A DNA stretch of 64,000 bases, taken from an uncultured archaeon. GTDB taxonomy: Archaea; Thermoproteota; Nitrososphaeria; Nitrososphaerales; Gagatemarchaeaceae. Position 1 is the first letter of the stretch; each line of letters begins with the position of its first letter. The stretch is taken from contig CAWCYD010000003.1 of NCBI GenBank assembly GCA_963799775.1, positions 320,001 through 384,000 of the forward strand. The letters run 5' to 3'. Below, piece after piece: positions 53,915 through 63,811 of this stretch. A program made the translations under genes and the position numbers. A model generated the notes under the pieces. That model was not told where the DNA came from, searched no databases, and worked only from the letters and a program-made list of their open reading frames with translations.

Positions 53915-53994
53915 TTGAGGTCGAGTCGGCTCAAAGGCCTTGCAGCTGGGTAGAGCACGAAGAGAAACTATTCCAGCGACTTGGCCTTAGTCCT
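53836..53994 (+). ncRNA. candidate structured RNA (three-way junction), family unknown
   Basis: Nested complementary segments found by eye (see findings). G-U pairs favour the + strand. Confidence 0.3.
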
Positions 53995-54073
53995 CGCAAG
54001 GGTGGTTTATTCCTCCCACTTGTGAGCGTAAAACGTTTTTATTCTCGGTAAAGGTCGGCTGAAAAGCTCCAAA

Positions 54074-54322
54074 GTGAACGCTTCTCAACAGGCGCCCAAG
54101 AGACCTCTCGCCGTCCTACAGAAGGCAATAAGCAAAAAGGCGACAATCCGTCTCAAGACCGACGTCGAGTATCGCGGACGCGTCTCGAACGTCGACGCAT
54201 TCATGAACGTGATACTCGAAGATGCCGAGGAATTCGAGGCAGGGAGACTCTCCGCGAACTATGGCAGGGTCATCGTAAGAGGAGACAACGTCCTCTACGT
54301 CAGGCTCGAAAGCTCGCTGTGA
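54074..54322 (+). CDS. lsm: Sm-like archaeal protein (SmAP/Lsm)
   Basis: RPL..L, IRLK, YRG...VD.FMNVILEDAEE and YG.VIVRGDNV. Confidence 0.93.
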   Translation: MNASQQAPKRPLAVLQKAISKKATIRLKTDVEYRGRVSNVDAFMNVILEDAEEFEAGRLSANYGRVIVRGDNVLYVRLESSL

Positions 54323-54360
54323 GACATGTTGAGCTATTTCCGAGAAACGGTGTCAGACTG

Positions 54361-55569
54361 ATGGACAGGGCAGTGCACTCGGAACAACTTCCTGACTGCG
54401 TCTCCGACCTTCAGGTCGAGATCGTCGAGAGGAAGGGGATAGGACACCCAGACAGCATGATAGACGGAGCCTGCGAAGCGGTCTCGATCGCGCTCTCAAA
54501 GTATTACATCGACAACTTCGGCGTCATCTTCCACCACAACGTGGACAAAGGGCTCCTAGTGGGCGGCAAGTCGCACGCCGAATTCGGCGACGGGAAAGTG
54601 ATAGACCCGATCTACATCCTCGTTGCTGGTCGGGCCACCGACGTGGTCCCGATCGGGAACAAGAGAGAGGAAGTGCCCGTCGAGACGATAGCGAAAGAGG
54701 CCATAGCCAACTATCTCCGCGGGACCATGCGCTTCCTCGACCCGAAGAAGCACACCAGACTGGAGACGATGATCCGGGCCGGCTCCCCAGACCTCGTGGC
54801 GGTCTTCCTCAGGAAGCAGGCCATGCCAGTCGCCAACGACACCTCGATAGGCGTCGGTTTCGCGCCCCTTTCTGCGACAGAGAGGGTCGTGTTCGAGATA
54901 GAGCAGCTCCTCAACTCGTCGAAGTTCAAGAAGAAGTATCCGGCTGTGGGCGAGGACGTCAAGGTGATGGGCATGAGGGTCAGGAAGAAGCTCAATGTCA
55001 CGGTCGCAGCGGCGATGGTCGGGTCGCAGATCAAGGACGCGAGCGAGTACACGAGCATCGTCGACGATGTCAGGAGCGAGGTGGACGACCTTGTGGCAAA
55101 GTCACCCCTCGACGTCCATGTGAGACTCAACAGCGGCGACGACCCGAAGAGAGGGAGCTACTATCTCACAGTGACTGGCACCTCGGCGGAGCAGGGGGAC
55201 GACGGGAACACGGGCCGGGGCAACAGGGTCAACGGGCTGATCTCACCCATGCGGCAGTATTCGATGGAGGCGACCGCAGGAAAGAACCCCGTCAATCACA
55301 CTGGCAAGCTCTACAACGCGGTGGCACTCCACGCGGCAGAGCAGATCGCGGAGGAGGTCAAGGGCGTGAGGGAGGCGTACGTGAGGATACTCAGCAGGAT
55401 AGGCAGCCCGATCGACCAACCGCAGATAGCGAGCGCGGCGGTGGTCCTCGAGAAGGGGACGAAGATGTCCCGTGTCAAGGGCGAGGTCGAAGAGATACTC
55501 AACGACCAGTTGAGAGACATCAGGAACATCACGGACCTGATACTCGCAAAACGCGTCATACTGTTCTGA
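54361..55569 (+). CDS. mat: archaeal-type S-adenosylmethionine synthetase
   Basis: [36 protein letters not shown] and AGKNP..HTGK. Confidence 0.96.
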   Translation: MDRAVHSEQLPDCVSDLQVEIVERKGIGHPDSMIDGACEAVSIALSKYYIDNFGVIFHHNVDKGLLVGGKSHAEFGDGKVIDPIYILVAGRATDVVPIGNKREEVPVETIAKEAIANYLRGTMRFLDPKKHTRLETMIRAGSPDLVAVFLRKQAMPVANDTSIGVGFAPLSATERVVFEIEQLLNSSKFKKKYPAVGEDVKVMGMRVRKKLNVTVAAAMVGSQIKDASEYTSIVDDVRSEVDDLVAKSPLDVHVRLNSGDDPKRGSYYLTVTGTSAEQGDDGNTGRGNRVNGLISPMRQYSMEATAGKNPVNHTGKLYNAVALHAAEQIAEEVKGVREAYVRILSRIGSPIDQPQIASAAVVLEKGTKMSRVKGEVEEILNDQLRDIRNITDLILAKRVILF

Positions 55570-56420
55570 TTGCGGGAAATCGGCCGACACCGGTGACATA
55601 GGCCACCATCTCGTCTGTATCAGCTCGGAGCCCGTATCCGCGCTCAAAGAACTTGCCTACCGCCCCGACGTCCCTCTTGATCAGCTCCTTGGCGTTGGGG
55701 TGATCCTTGCCGGCCCATTGAGGCCAGTCTATGAGCCAAACGGACACGCCGTCCGTGAGGATGTTGTACTCGCTCAGGTCTCCGTTGATCATCCCAGCCT
55801 TCTCGTAGATCACCCTGACGGTCTCGATTATCTCCCTCAAGATCTTCTTGGCATCCACCAGGTCGGGTCGGTTCGTGAGCCTCACGCCGGGGAGCTCCTT
55901 CAGCAGGACCGTGTGCCTGTTCGTCGCGACGGCGACAGGGATGTTCTTGGTGACCCCGGCCAGCCTTGAGAGCGCGTTGAATTCCCTGTGAGCCGCTTGG
56001 TAGTTGACGTCGAGCCAGGTGTTCAGCTGCTTCGGTGAGGCGTGCCTCTTGCGCGTGACGTCGCGGAAGCTGGTCCTGCCCAGCCTGAAGAGCTTCAGAG
56101 CGTAGAGTGTCCCCTTTCTCAGACAAGACCTCGTAGACGTCCGACTCCTTCCCTTTGGCGATCAGCTTTCCCAGGGCGTTCGCGTAGTCCTTGTCCGCGT
56201 AGAACTTGAGCGCGAGGAGGTCCAGGGCCGGAACGTAGATCTCGTGAGTCCTCCCCGCGCTGATGAGCTTCCTCTTGTTCAACTCGTCGAGGCCGAAGTT
56301 CACCCGGTCCAGAGGCTGTCCCGAGACCTTCGCTATCGATTCTGCCGATGTCGTAGCCTTGCCCAATGTGCATTTCTCAAGAGCTCTGAGGGCCTGCCAC
56401 TCCTCGGGCCTGAGTTGCAT
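55556..56420 (-). CDS. rio2: RIO2-type atypical protein kinase (frameshift near 56105)
   Basis: wHTH N-terminus, GKESDVY, KLFRLGRTSF, GDLSEYN and IDWPQ. Confidence 0.9.
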
Positions 56421-56508
56421 GATGAGGGACGCCGCGATGTCTGTCGATGACAGGATTCGATGGGCCTCTTATCGACGACCTCCCTGGCGCTTCTTGAATC
56501 TTTCAGGC

Positions 56509-57589
56509 TCACTTGAGGCCTTTTCTGACCGCCTCGGAGTAGGCGTTCCAGTAGTCCTCGGAGCCTCTCGGTTCGAACCGCGAAGGCTTCGCGCTTCCCG
56601 AAGAGACCCAGAGGCCCGCGTTCCTGCGATCTCGCCCCACCTCGGCGACTACATACCCGCGGATGCCCCTCCTCCCCAGGAGGGACTTGAGCTCCTCGGT
56701 GGCTCCCGGGTTGCATGTCATGAGGAGCGTCCCCTCGCTCACCGACGTAAGCGGGTCGAGCCCGAAGAGCCCGCAAACTGCCGCGGCCTCCTCTGACACG
56801 TGGATTGCGTCTCGCCTCACGAAGATTGGTAGTCCACACGCCAGAGCGAGCTCGTCCAGGCCACCCAGCACACCGCCTTCGGTGGCATCGTGCATCGAGG
56901 TCACCTTGTCTCTGAGCCCAAACGTCGCCGCGGCCCTCGCCTCCTCGACCGTCGAACAGTCCCGGAGGAGAGACTGGGCCTTTCTGAGGAGCGGGTCTCC
57001 GATCTTCTCTCCTATCGTGGAGGGGAACGCCCGTGCGAGGATCGCGGTGGTGCCTATTGCAGCGCCCTTCGTCATGAGGACGGCGTCGCCTGGCTTCGCC
57101 ATGGCGGGCGTGACATAGGATTCTTCTTCGACCACGCTGAACATCATCCCTCCTCCGATGACCGTGTAGTCGGACCCAGGGTACCTGCCCGTGTGTCCTC
57201 CCACGATCGCTATCCCAAGCCGCTTGCATTCGTCGCTGAGAGCCGTCACATAGGCACTGACCGACTCCAGGTCCATCTTCGGCGGCAAGTTGAGGTCGAG
57301 CATGGCGTACTGGGGATCCGTCCCACTCGTCGTAAGGTCGGAGGCCAGCAGATGGATGCTCAGCCACGCGGAATCCTTCATCCCCACAGAAGGGATTATC
57401 GAGAGTGGGTCGCTGGTCACGATGACGGACCTTCTTCTCTCCGAGGGAGATCACCGCGTTGTCGAGGCCATGCCCCGGGCCCGCAAGCACCGAACTTCTC
57501 TTTGCACCTAGGTTCGCGAAGACGACCGCCTCAAGGAACTCGCGGGGGACCTTCCCCTGCTCAACTTTGGGTGCTACCTTGTCGGTCAA
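56509..57589 (-). CDS. AIR synthase/HypE-like (PurM-fold) protein (frameshift near 57430)
   Basis: GPGHGLDNAV, SDP, SDL, IVGGHTG, MHDATEGG and SEGTL. Confidence 0.85.
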
Positions 57590-58185
57590 TCGAGGTAGCC
57601 CAGCCGCTTGAATGTCGGACGAGCTGCGACGATGATTGCGAGGGCGACAGGTATGAAAGCCAGGTCTGCAAAAGTCGCGAGATCGGGGAGAGCGGACACC
57701 AAGCCGGAGTAGACCGTGGTCGGGGGGCCATATTGGAACAGCCCGTACGTGTAGAACAACCAGTCGGGGACGAGGAAGGCGAACGTCTCGTACACCGTCG
57801 CGACGACCATCGAGATTACGAGGTGCCTTCGCCCCTTCTTCGCGCCCCAGGCGATTAAGAGAACTTCCGGAGCCCTGGCCCAGACCATCCCGAGCGGATA
57901 GATTGGCGAGCCGCCCCGCGTAGTGATGTTGAAGAGCTCCCCTACGAATCCACCAATCGCCGTCGCCGAGAAGGCATCCCATCTGTCTGCCAGGGCAGCC
58001 AGGGCGAAGTACACCGCGGGAGCCAGGGTGATCTCGAAGACGGGCGGAGGAAGGGGAATCGCAATAATAGTGCACACGGCGATGACGGCCGAAAAGACAG
58101 CCACGAGAGCAAGCCGCTGCCTGGACGTGGGCCTGGCGGTCGCCGAAGTGTCTTCGTGAAAGGCCGACTCGGCGTACGTTCCCAT
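57586..58185 (-). CDS. ECF transporter S component
   Basis: RLALVAVFSAVIAVCT.IAIP and about five further TM helices. Confidence 0.8.
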   Translation of the reverse strand: MGTYAESAFHEDTSATARPTSRQRLALVAVFSAVIAVCTIIAIPLPPPVFEITLAPAVYFALAALADRWDAFSATAIGGFVGELFNITTRGGSPIYPLGMVWARAPEVLLIAWGAKKGRRHLVISMVVATVYETFAFLVPDWLFYTYGLFQYGPPTTVYSGLVSALPDLATFADLAFIPVALAIIVAARPTFKRLGYLD

Positions 58186-58232
58186 GCGGTAATCCAGTGT
58201 CATGCCCTGGATGAGATTCTTATAAACGGCCT

Positions 58233-58247
58233 CATAAGTCACTTATG
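58233..58247. promoter_or_regulatory. palindromic operator candidate CATAAGT-C-ACTTATG
   Basis: Perfect 7-bp inverted repeat between the TATA (cttataaa) and the start of the ThiR-like gene, in a divergent promoter. Confidence 0.55.
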
Positions 58248-58249
58248 GG

Positions 58250-59194
58250 ATGCACCCTCCATGCGAAATGATGGTCGACAGCTTCCTCCCTTCCATGCGA
58301 GTTCTTGTGGCGAAGAAACTAAAGGAAGACGGCCTTTCGCAAGGAAAGATCGCGAGCTTGCTCGGGCTCACTCAGGCATCCGTGAGTTCATACCTATCGA
58401 CTTCGGGTTCAAAGCAGCATGTCGCCCTGTCGGGTTTTGGGATAGGGCCAGAGGAGGCGGAGACATATGCCGCCCTCTTAGCGGATGGACCTCAAGAACA
58501 ATCCGACGTATGCTGTCGCCACCCTGTACTCTATCTGGAACCAGCTGCTCGGCGGAGGCAGCGCCTGCGCCAGCCACCGGGCCGAGTACCCTTTCCTGGC
58601 GACCTGTGACATGTGCATGAAGGTCTTCGGGCCTTACAAGAGGCGAGGGGGAGAAGCCATCGAGCAAGTCGAGGACGCTCTAAGGTCAATAGAAGGGTCC
58701 ACCCTTCTAGTTCGTGTGATGCCTGAGGTGTCCGTCAACCTCGCATACGCACCTGAAGGCGCCAAATCGACGAAAGATGTCGTCGCCATCCCCGGAAGGA
58801 TCGTCCGGGTGAAAGGGCAGGCTCGGTCGTTCATGAGGCCTGAGTTCGGCGCTTCAACCCATCTTGCCGCTATCCTCCTCGAGGTCGAGAAAGCTCAGCC
58901 CTCGCTTCGAGCCTCGATGAACCTCAGGTATGACGAGAAGATGTCGAAGTGCCCTCGAGGCGATGAAGTTGAGACTCTTGACGATGGGGCGCACCTATCC
59001 TGCCGACTCCGGAGACAAGCGTCCTCCAAGCACTCAAGAGTCTCCTTGCGTCCAAGGGCCGGGTCGCTACCTTCGAAGCTCTGGTGGACCTCGGGGGACA
59101 GGGCGTCGAGCCAAGCCTCTATCTCTTCGCTGAGGATGCGGTCAAGGTGGCGCGTCGAGCGATCGAGATAGCGAGGATCTACGCCTCGAGCTGA
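58250..59194 (+). CDS. HTH + ThiN-domain protein (ThiR-like regulator; frameshifts)
   Basis: MHPPCE...LSQGKIASLLGLTQASVSSY HTH, C..H..CDMC, MPEVSVNLAY, AIPGRI and PEFGASTHLA. Confidence 0.85.
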
Positions 59195-60844
59195 GGCCGA
59201 GGGAACCTCGAGCCTCTTTCCCTTTGCCTTGCGCTCCTCGATCGCGGCCTTCATGAAGGCGAGGAAGATGGGTTCAGGAGACTCGGGTCGGCTGCAATAT
59301 TCTGGGTGATACTGTGTTCCCATGAAGAACGGGTGGCCCTTTAGCTCCAGGATCTCCGCACGCCTGCCCCCGTCGCTGAACGCAGAGAAATGCATCCCGG
59401 CATCCTCGAGCTGCTGCATGTAGCTCTGGTTCAGCTCGAACCGATGCCTGTGCCTTCCCCTCACCGTCTTGCTCTGGTAGACGTCGAACGCCTTGCTCGG
59501 CTTTAGCACGGTGATGTCGTGGCCGCCGAGCCTCATAGTCCCCCCCATGTTCGAGATGCCCTTTTGCTCCGGAAGCAGGTCTATCACAGGGTCCGCCGTC
59601 TGGGGCGCGAGCTCCGTGGAGTTGGCCTCCTTCAGGCCAAGGACGTGCCTGGAAAAGGAGACGATGGACAGCTGGAAGCCGAAGCACAGGCCCAGCAGCG
59701 GTTTCTTCTGCCTCCTGGCGTACTCGGCAGTCCAAATCTTCCCTTCCGTCCCCCTCTTTCCATAGCCCTGAGGGAGCACCACCCCGTCCGCCGAGTCCAG
59801 GATCTTCTTCGCCTGCTCGACCCTGCTGACCCCCTCGAAATCCTCCGACTCTATCCACTTTATCTCGACTCCGACCCCGTTCGCCGCGGCCGCGTGTTTG
59901 AGAGCCAGGTTGACGCTCACATAGCTGTCCATGAGCGTGACATACTTTCCGACCATCGCGATGGTCACCCAGTTCCTCTGTCTCACAAAGCGAGAGGCGA
60001 CCTCGTTCCAGTCCAGCAGGTCGGTCTTCTTCCCTCTGATGTGGAGATGGGAAGTGAGCGGCTTCATCACGCCTTCGCGAAAGAGCGCCTCGGGGACCTG
60101 GTAGATCGAGTCCACGTCGGGATTCGATATCACGCTCTGCGTCGGAACGCTCGTGAAGAGTGCCAGCTTCTCCTTCGCTTCCTGCGGCAGAGGCCTGGTC
60201 CCTCTCACCACGATGATGTCCGGTTGGATGCCTATGCGCCTCAACTCTTGTACGCTGTGCTGCGTCGGCTTGGTCTTCATCTCGCCCACCGCTCCCATCT
60301 CCGGGGCTAGCGTGACGTGGACGAAGAGCGTGTTCTCGAGGCCGTCCTCGAGCCTCATCTGTCTGAACGCTTCCAGGAAGGGGAGGCTCTCGATGTCTCC
60401 AACCGTCCCGCCGCACTCGATCACAACCACGCTTGAACCGCTGCTCGTCGTCCGCTCGCGTATCCTTCGCTTGATCTCGTCAGTGACGTGAGGGATAATC
60501 TGGACGCACTTGCCTAGGTACTTGCCCTTACGCTCGTCCTCTATGACTGCGTTGTAGACCTGGCCTGTGGTGATGTTGTCCTCCTTGCCGAGGCCCTTGT
60601 TGAGGAACCTCTCGTAGTTCCCCAGGTCCATGTCGCACTCCCCTCCATCGTCCGTCACGAAGACCTCCCCGTGAGCTATCGGATTCATGGTCCCCGCATC
60701 GAAGTTGATGTACGGGTCGACCTTCATGCAGCTCACGGTGAGGCCCGTACGCTGGAGGATTTTCGCCAAGGAGGAGGTCGTTATGCCCTTGCCGAGGCCG
60801 GACATCACCCCTCCAGTTACAAAGATGTACTTCGGCACATTCAA
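59179..60844 (-). CDS. pyrG: CTP synthase (true 3' end probably near 59180-59200)
   Basis: YIFVTGGVMSGLGKG, DLGNYERF, GGTVGDIE, KTKPTQ, GLCFG, RHRHRFE and QYHPE. Confidence 0.96.
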
Positions 60845-60970
60845 CCTACTTTGAAGATGTATATTGGTTTTGTTGTTTCAGGATAACATAGTTGCAAATG
60901 CAGACCGTCGGCAGAGCCGAGGTCAATATTTCGGCAAGACTTTTTATGCGACTTGTGAGACAATCATCCC

Positions 60971-61381
60971 ATGGCCGACGACAGGACAATCGACCTGAAC
61001 GAAAGGGCATTCGAAAAGCTCACCTGGGCTAAGAGGGAGGACGAGACCTACTCCGACGTGGTCCTTCGTCTGACTTCCACGAAACTCGAGGGCCTCCAAA
61101 GAAGGGGAGTGAAGGTGATTGTCACCAAGGACGGTCGGCGACTCGGGATAAACATCGAGCAGGGCAAGTGCTCGGGCGCCGAGAGCTGTGTGACGCTGGC
61201 GCCTGAGGTCTTCGCGCTAGACCCGGAGCAGCTTGGCCGGACCCACAACGAGCCCCTGGGGTTGCGGGACGTTATGGAAAAAGAGCTAAACAGCGAGTCG
61301 ATCATTCGTGCAGCGAAGTCCTGCCCCTACGGGGCGATCACCCTCAGAGACATGGACTCTGGCGAAGAGATCTCTCCCTGA
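60971..61381 (+). CDS. VapB/DUF217-like DNA-binding domain fused to a single-cluster ferredoxin
   Basis: TIDLNERAFEKL..AKREDETYSDVVLRL followed by CSGAESC..LAPEVF...AAKSCPYGAI. Confidence 0.8.
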   Translation: MADDRTIDLNERAFEKLTWAKREDETYSDVVLRLTSTKLEGLQRRGVKVIVTKDGRRLGINIEQGKCSGAESCVTLAPEVFALDPEQLGRTHNEPLGLRDVMEKELNSESIIRAAKSCPYGAITLRDMDSGEEISP

Positions 61382-61405
61382 TTGGCATCTTCACGTCTTT
61401 ATGTC

Positions 61406-61423
61406 ATTTTCACTTTTGAAAAT
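61406..61423. promoter_or_regulatory. AT-rich palindrome ATTTTCA-cttt-TGAAAAT upstream of a TATA box
   Basis: Perfect 7-bp inverted repeat about 12 nt upstream of gTTAAATA (61435-61442), ahead of the cupredoxin gene. Confidence 0.5.
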
Positions 61424-61551
61424 CGCATCCGCCCGTTAAATACTTGATTGGCCCCGTAGACCAACGAACCGGGTTGTCCAGGCAGCGGACCTCTTGCATC
61501 GGGCGTTGGAAATGATGGGCAAGGCGGCCGCATCGAATAGGGACCGGAACG

Positions 61552-62943
61552 CTGGATGGTGTTAGCGGCTCGGCCGATCGTGACAGCCCCGAGTTCGAGG
61601 AGTGGGCCAAGAAGAAGCTGGCGGAGATTCTCCACCTCGAGGAGGAAGAGAGGCGGGTAGGGGAATCGCCACCAGATGAGTTGAAGGAGATCCTTCGCCT
61701 GCTCGACTATGAAGTTGCCCCCCTCCTCGACGCATCTGGAGTGGAGATTTCGAGAGAGGAACTCGCAAGAATGTTCACGGAGTGGTTCGTGCTCAGGAAA
61801 TTCTCCGAGGCGCAGAATCCAACAACCGTGCCGACAGCTTCTCAAGATGCTCAAACGACGACCGCTTCCCCATCGCGCTTCTCCACCCGGCAGAGACTCG
61901 GAAGGATGGTACGCCCGATGAGGAGGGCGATGAGAGTGGTGGGCATACTGATAATGCTCGTTCCGCTGGTCTTCGTCCCCGCCTACTTCTTCTTGTCCAC
62001 CCAGATCCCGCCGCCCACCGCGAGCGGGACGCTTACGCTGACGCCGGCAATCCCTCTCATCGCGCCCGGTGAGAGCCAGAACTATTCTGTGCTGACTCTA
62101 ACCACGCCCACGAGGGGGACAACGTTTACGTCCCTGACAGCCTTCTCCCCCAATGGCCTCTTGTTCGGGCTGTCACAGACGGAAGTTCCCCCCGAGCCGA
62201 CAACCAACATCCCTGTCGTGATCCAAAGCTCGGCTTCTCTTGCCCTCGGGAGCTATCAGGTGACAGTGGAGGAGATGCAAGGCTCGGCGATAAGGAATCA
62301 GACTTTCACAGTTAAGGTGGTTCCTGCCCTCGTCGTAATGAAGGACGTTGCATTCGTGCCTCCAGACCTCAACGTCACGAAGGGGACTACCGTCTACTGG
62401 ATGAATCTCGATTCAACCATAGGATGCTGCGATCCGGGGTATCATGACGTCGCCTTCCTTGGTGCGGGAATGAACGTGACCTCTCCAATTCTAAAGAGGC
62501 TCGACACCTGGAGCTACACCTTCGAGACGCCGGGGAAGTTCTACTACTACTGCACGATTCACCCCTGGATGGTTGGACTCATCACAGTGAGCGCTAACGT
62601 GACATCCTCCTCGAGCGAAGCATTCGTTTCGGCCCCAGAATCTCCGACGGTGGTAACGGTCAACATCCCACCCGGCGGGTCCGACCCTAACAACGGACCT
62701 GGGTTTGCTCCCGACAAGATTACCGTAGTCATAGGGGTAAACAACACGGTGACCTGGTTCAACAACGACACTTCGCCGCACACGGTGACCTCAACGATAG
62801 TGCCCCTCGGAGCTTCGGCCTTCGACTCTGGCAACATGGTGTGGTTGACGACTTTCACCTACACGTTTACCGTCCCCGGTACATACCAATACGGGTGTAG
62901 CTACCATCCCTGGATGACAGGGACTGTCGTGGTGAAGGCTTGA
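61552..62943 (+). CDS. membrane-anchored protein with two plastocyanin-like type-1 copper domains (start uncertain: CTG 61552 or TTG 61681)
   Basis: One TM, then H..YYCTIHPWM and PHTV..YGCSYHPWM. Confidence 0.88.
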   Translation: MDGVSGSADRDSPEFEEWAKKKLAEILHLEEEERRVGESPPDELKEILRLLDYEVAPLLDASGVEISREELARMFTEWFVLRKFSEAQNPTTVPTASQDAQTTTASPSRFSTRQRLGRMVRPMRRAMRVVGILIMLVPLVFVPAYFFLSTQIPPPTASGTLTLTPAIPLIAPGESQNYSVLTLTTPTRGTTFTSLTAFSPNGLLFGLSQTEVPPEPTTNIPVVIQSSASLALGSYQVTVEEMQGSAIRNQTFTVKVVPALVVMKDVAFVPPDLNVTKGTTVYWMNLDSTIGCCDPGYHDVAFLGAGMNVTSPILKRLDTWSYTFETPGKFYYYCTIHPWMVGLITVSANVTSSSSEAFVSAPESPTVVTVNIPPGGSDPNNGPGFAPDKITVVIGVNNTVTWFNNDTSPHTVTSTIVPLGASAFDSGNMVWLTTFTYTFTVPGTYQYGCSYHPWMTGTVVVKA

Positions 62944-62958
62944 CGTCCGGCGTTCTGC

Positions 62959-63633
62959 CTATGCAGGCCTTCTCTTCGATGCGACCAACATTATGGTGCC
63001 GACGTTCATTTCGTGCCTCGTCACCCTGTAGCCGTATCCGTTTAGGATTGACTGCATGAAGACGAACGAGCACTCTGTGGACTCCATCCTCCTTCCAGCC
63101 CCTACAATGCCTATCTCCACGGCTTCGTCCCCTGCAGACCGGGTTAGCTTGAACTGCTTTATCGGAAGAAGCGCTGTAAAGTCTCGTGCAAGGTCTGCCA
63201 GTTGGTCGAGGTCCCTTGCGGCGATCTTGAGGACTCCCACGAGGTTGCTCCCCATCTCACTGAACATCTTGAGCAACCCCTCCTTGTCTGTCGCGTATTG
63301 CTTAGCAATCAGCTCGTCAACGAAGTCGGACGGGAGAGTAATCACATCCGCCTGCTTTAGGAGCACGACGGAGCGCCAAAACTTGTAGAGATCCGTGGGG
63401 TCTCCACCCTCCGCCGATATCTTCGATATCGCCAAAAGAGACTCGTTCGCGAAGGCAAACAGCGTCTTGTCCCTGCGCTTCGCCTCGGAGTGGAACTCCT
63501 CGAAGACATCTTGGTCTACCGAGATGTTGGTCCGCGCCACGATTGCCTTGGGGTGCTGAACGTTGGATTTAGGGATATCCTCGCTGGCGCCCCTCGGGCT
63601 GCTTTTCGTCCTCTGGGCGACCGCGTGCGTCAT
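62959..63633 (-). CDS. putative regulator with an N-terminal ribbon-helix-helix-like segment
   Basis: RTNISVDQDVFEEFHSEAKRRDKTL..ANESL followed by an alpha/beta C-domain. Confidence 0.65.
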   Translation of the reverse strand: MTHAVAQRTKSSPRGASEDIPKSNVQHPKAIVARTNISVDQDVFEEFHSEAKRRDKTLFAFANESLLAISKISAEGGDPTDLYKFWRSVVLLKQADVITLPSDFVDELIAKQYATDKEGLLKMFSEMGSNLVGVLKIAARDLDQLADLARDFTALLPIKQFKLTRSAGDEAVEIGIVGAGRRMESTECSFVFMQSILNGYGYRVTRHEMNVGTIMLVASKRRPA

Positions 63634-63811
63634 CTCAAGACCTTTTCGACGGGTTGAGATTCCTCGCGCCCGGCCCAGGCCATACCATAGGGTCTCCTGC
63701 GGCCGGTGCACCTATACGCGTATCCGTGCTTTTGTTAACATTTGCACAGATTTGGCCGGATGCGATTAAATACGTTGGGGGGCTGCTAAACGCCGAACGC
63801 TTATGGTAACA

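Noticed and set aside
582-59194. Apparent frameshifts in more than 25 genes (guaA, radA, asnS, uppS, rio2, etfB and others) as programmed frameshifting or mass pseudogenisation
   Set aside because: They hit essential single-copy genes at random, are single-base indels without a shared slippery motif, and the flanking protein sequence is undegraded. This is typical of long-read consensus error.
58895-59194. 300-bp antisense overlap between an extended pyrG C-terminus and the ThiN-domain gene
   Set aside because: CTP synthase homology ends near 59240. The extension is the antisense read of ThiN and probably results from a lost stop near 59180.
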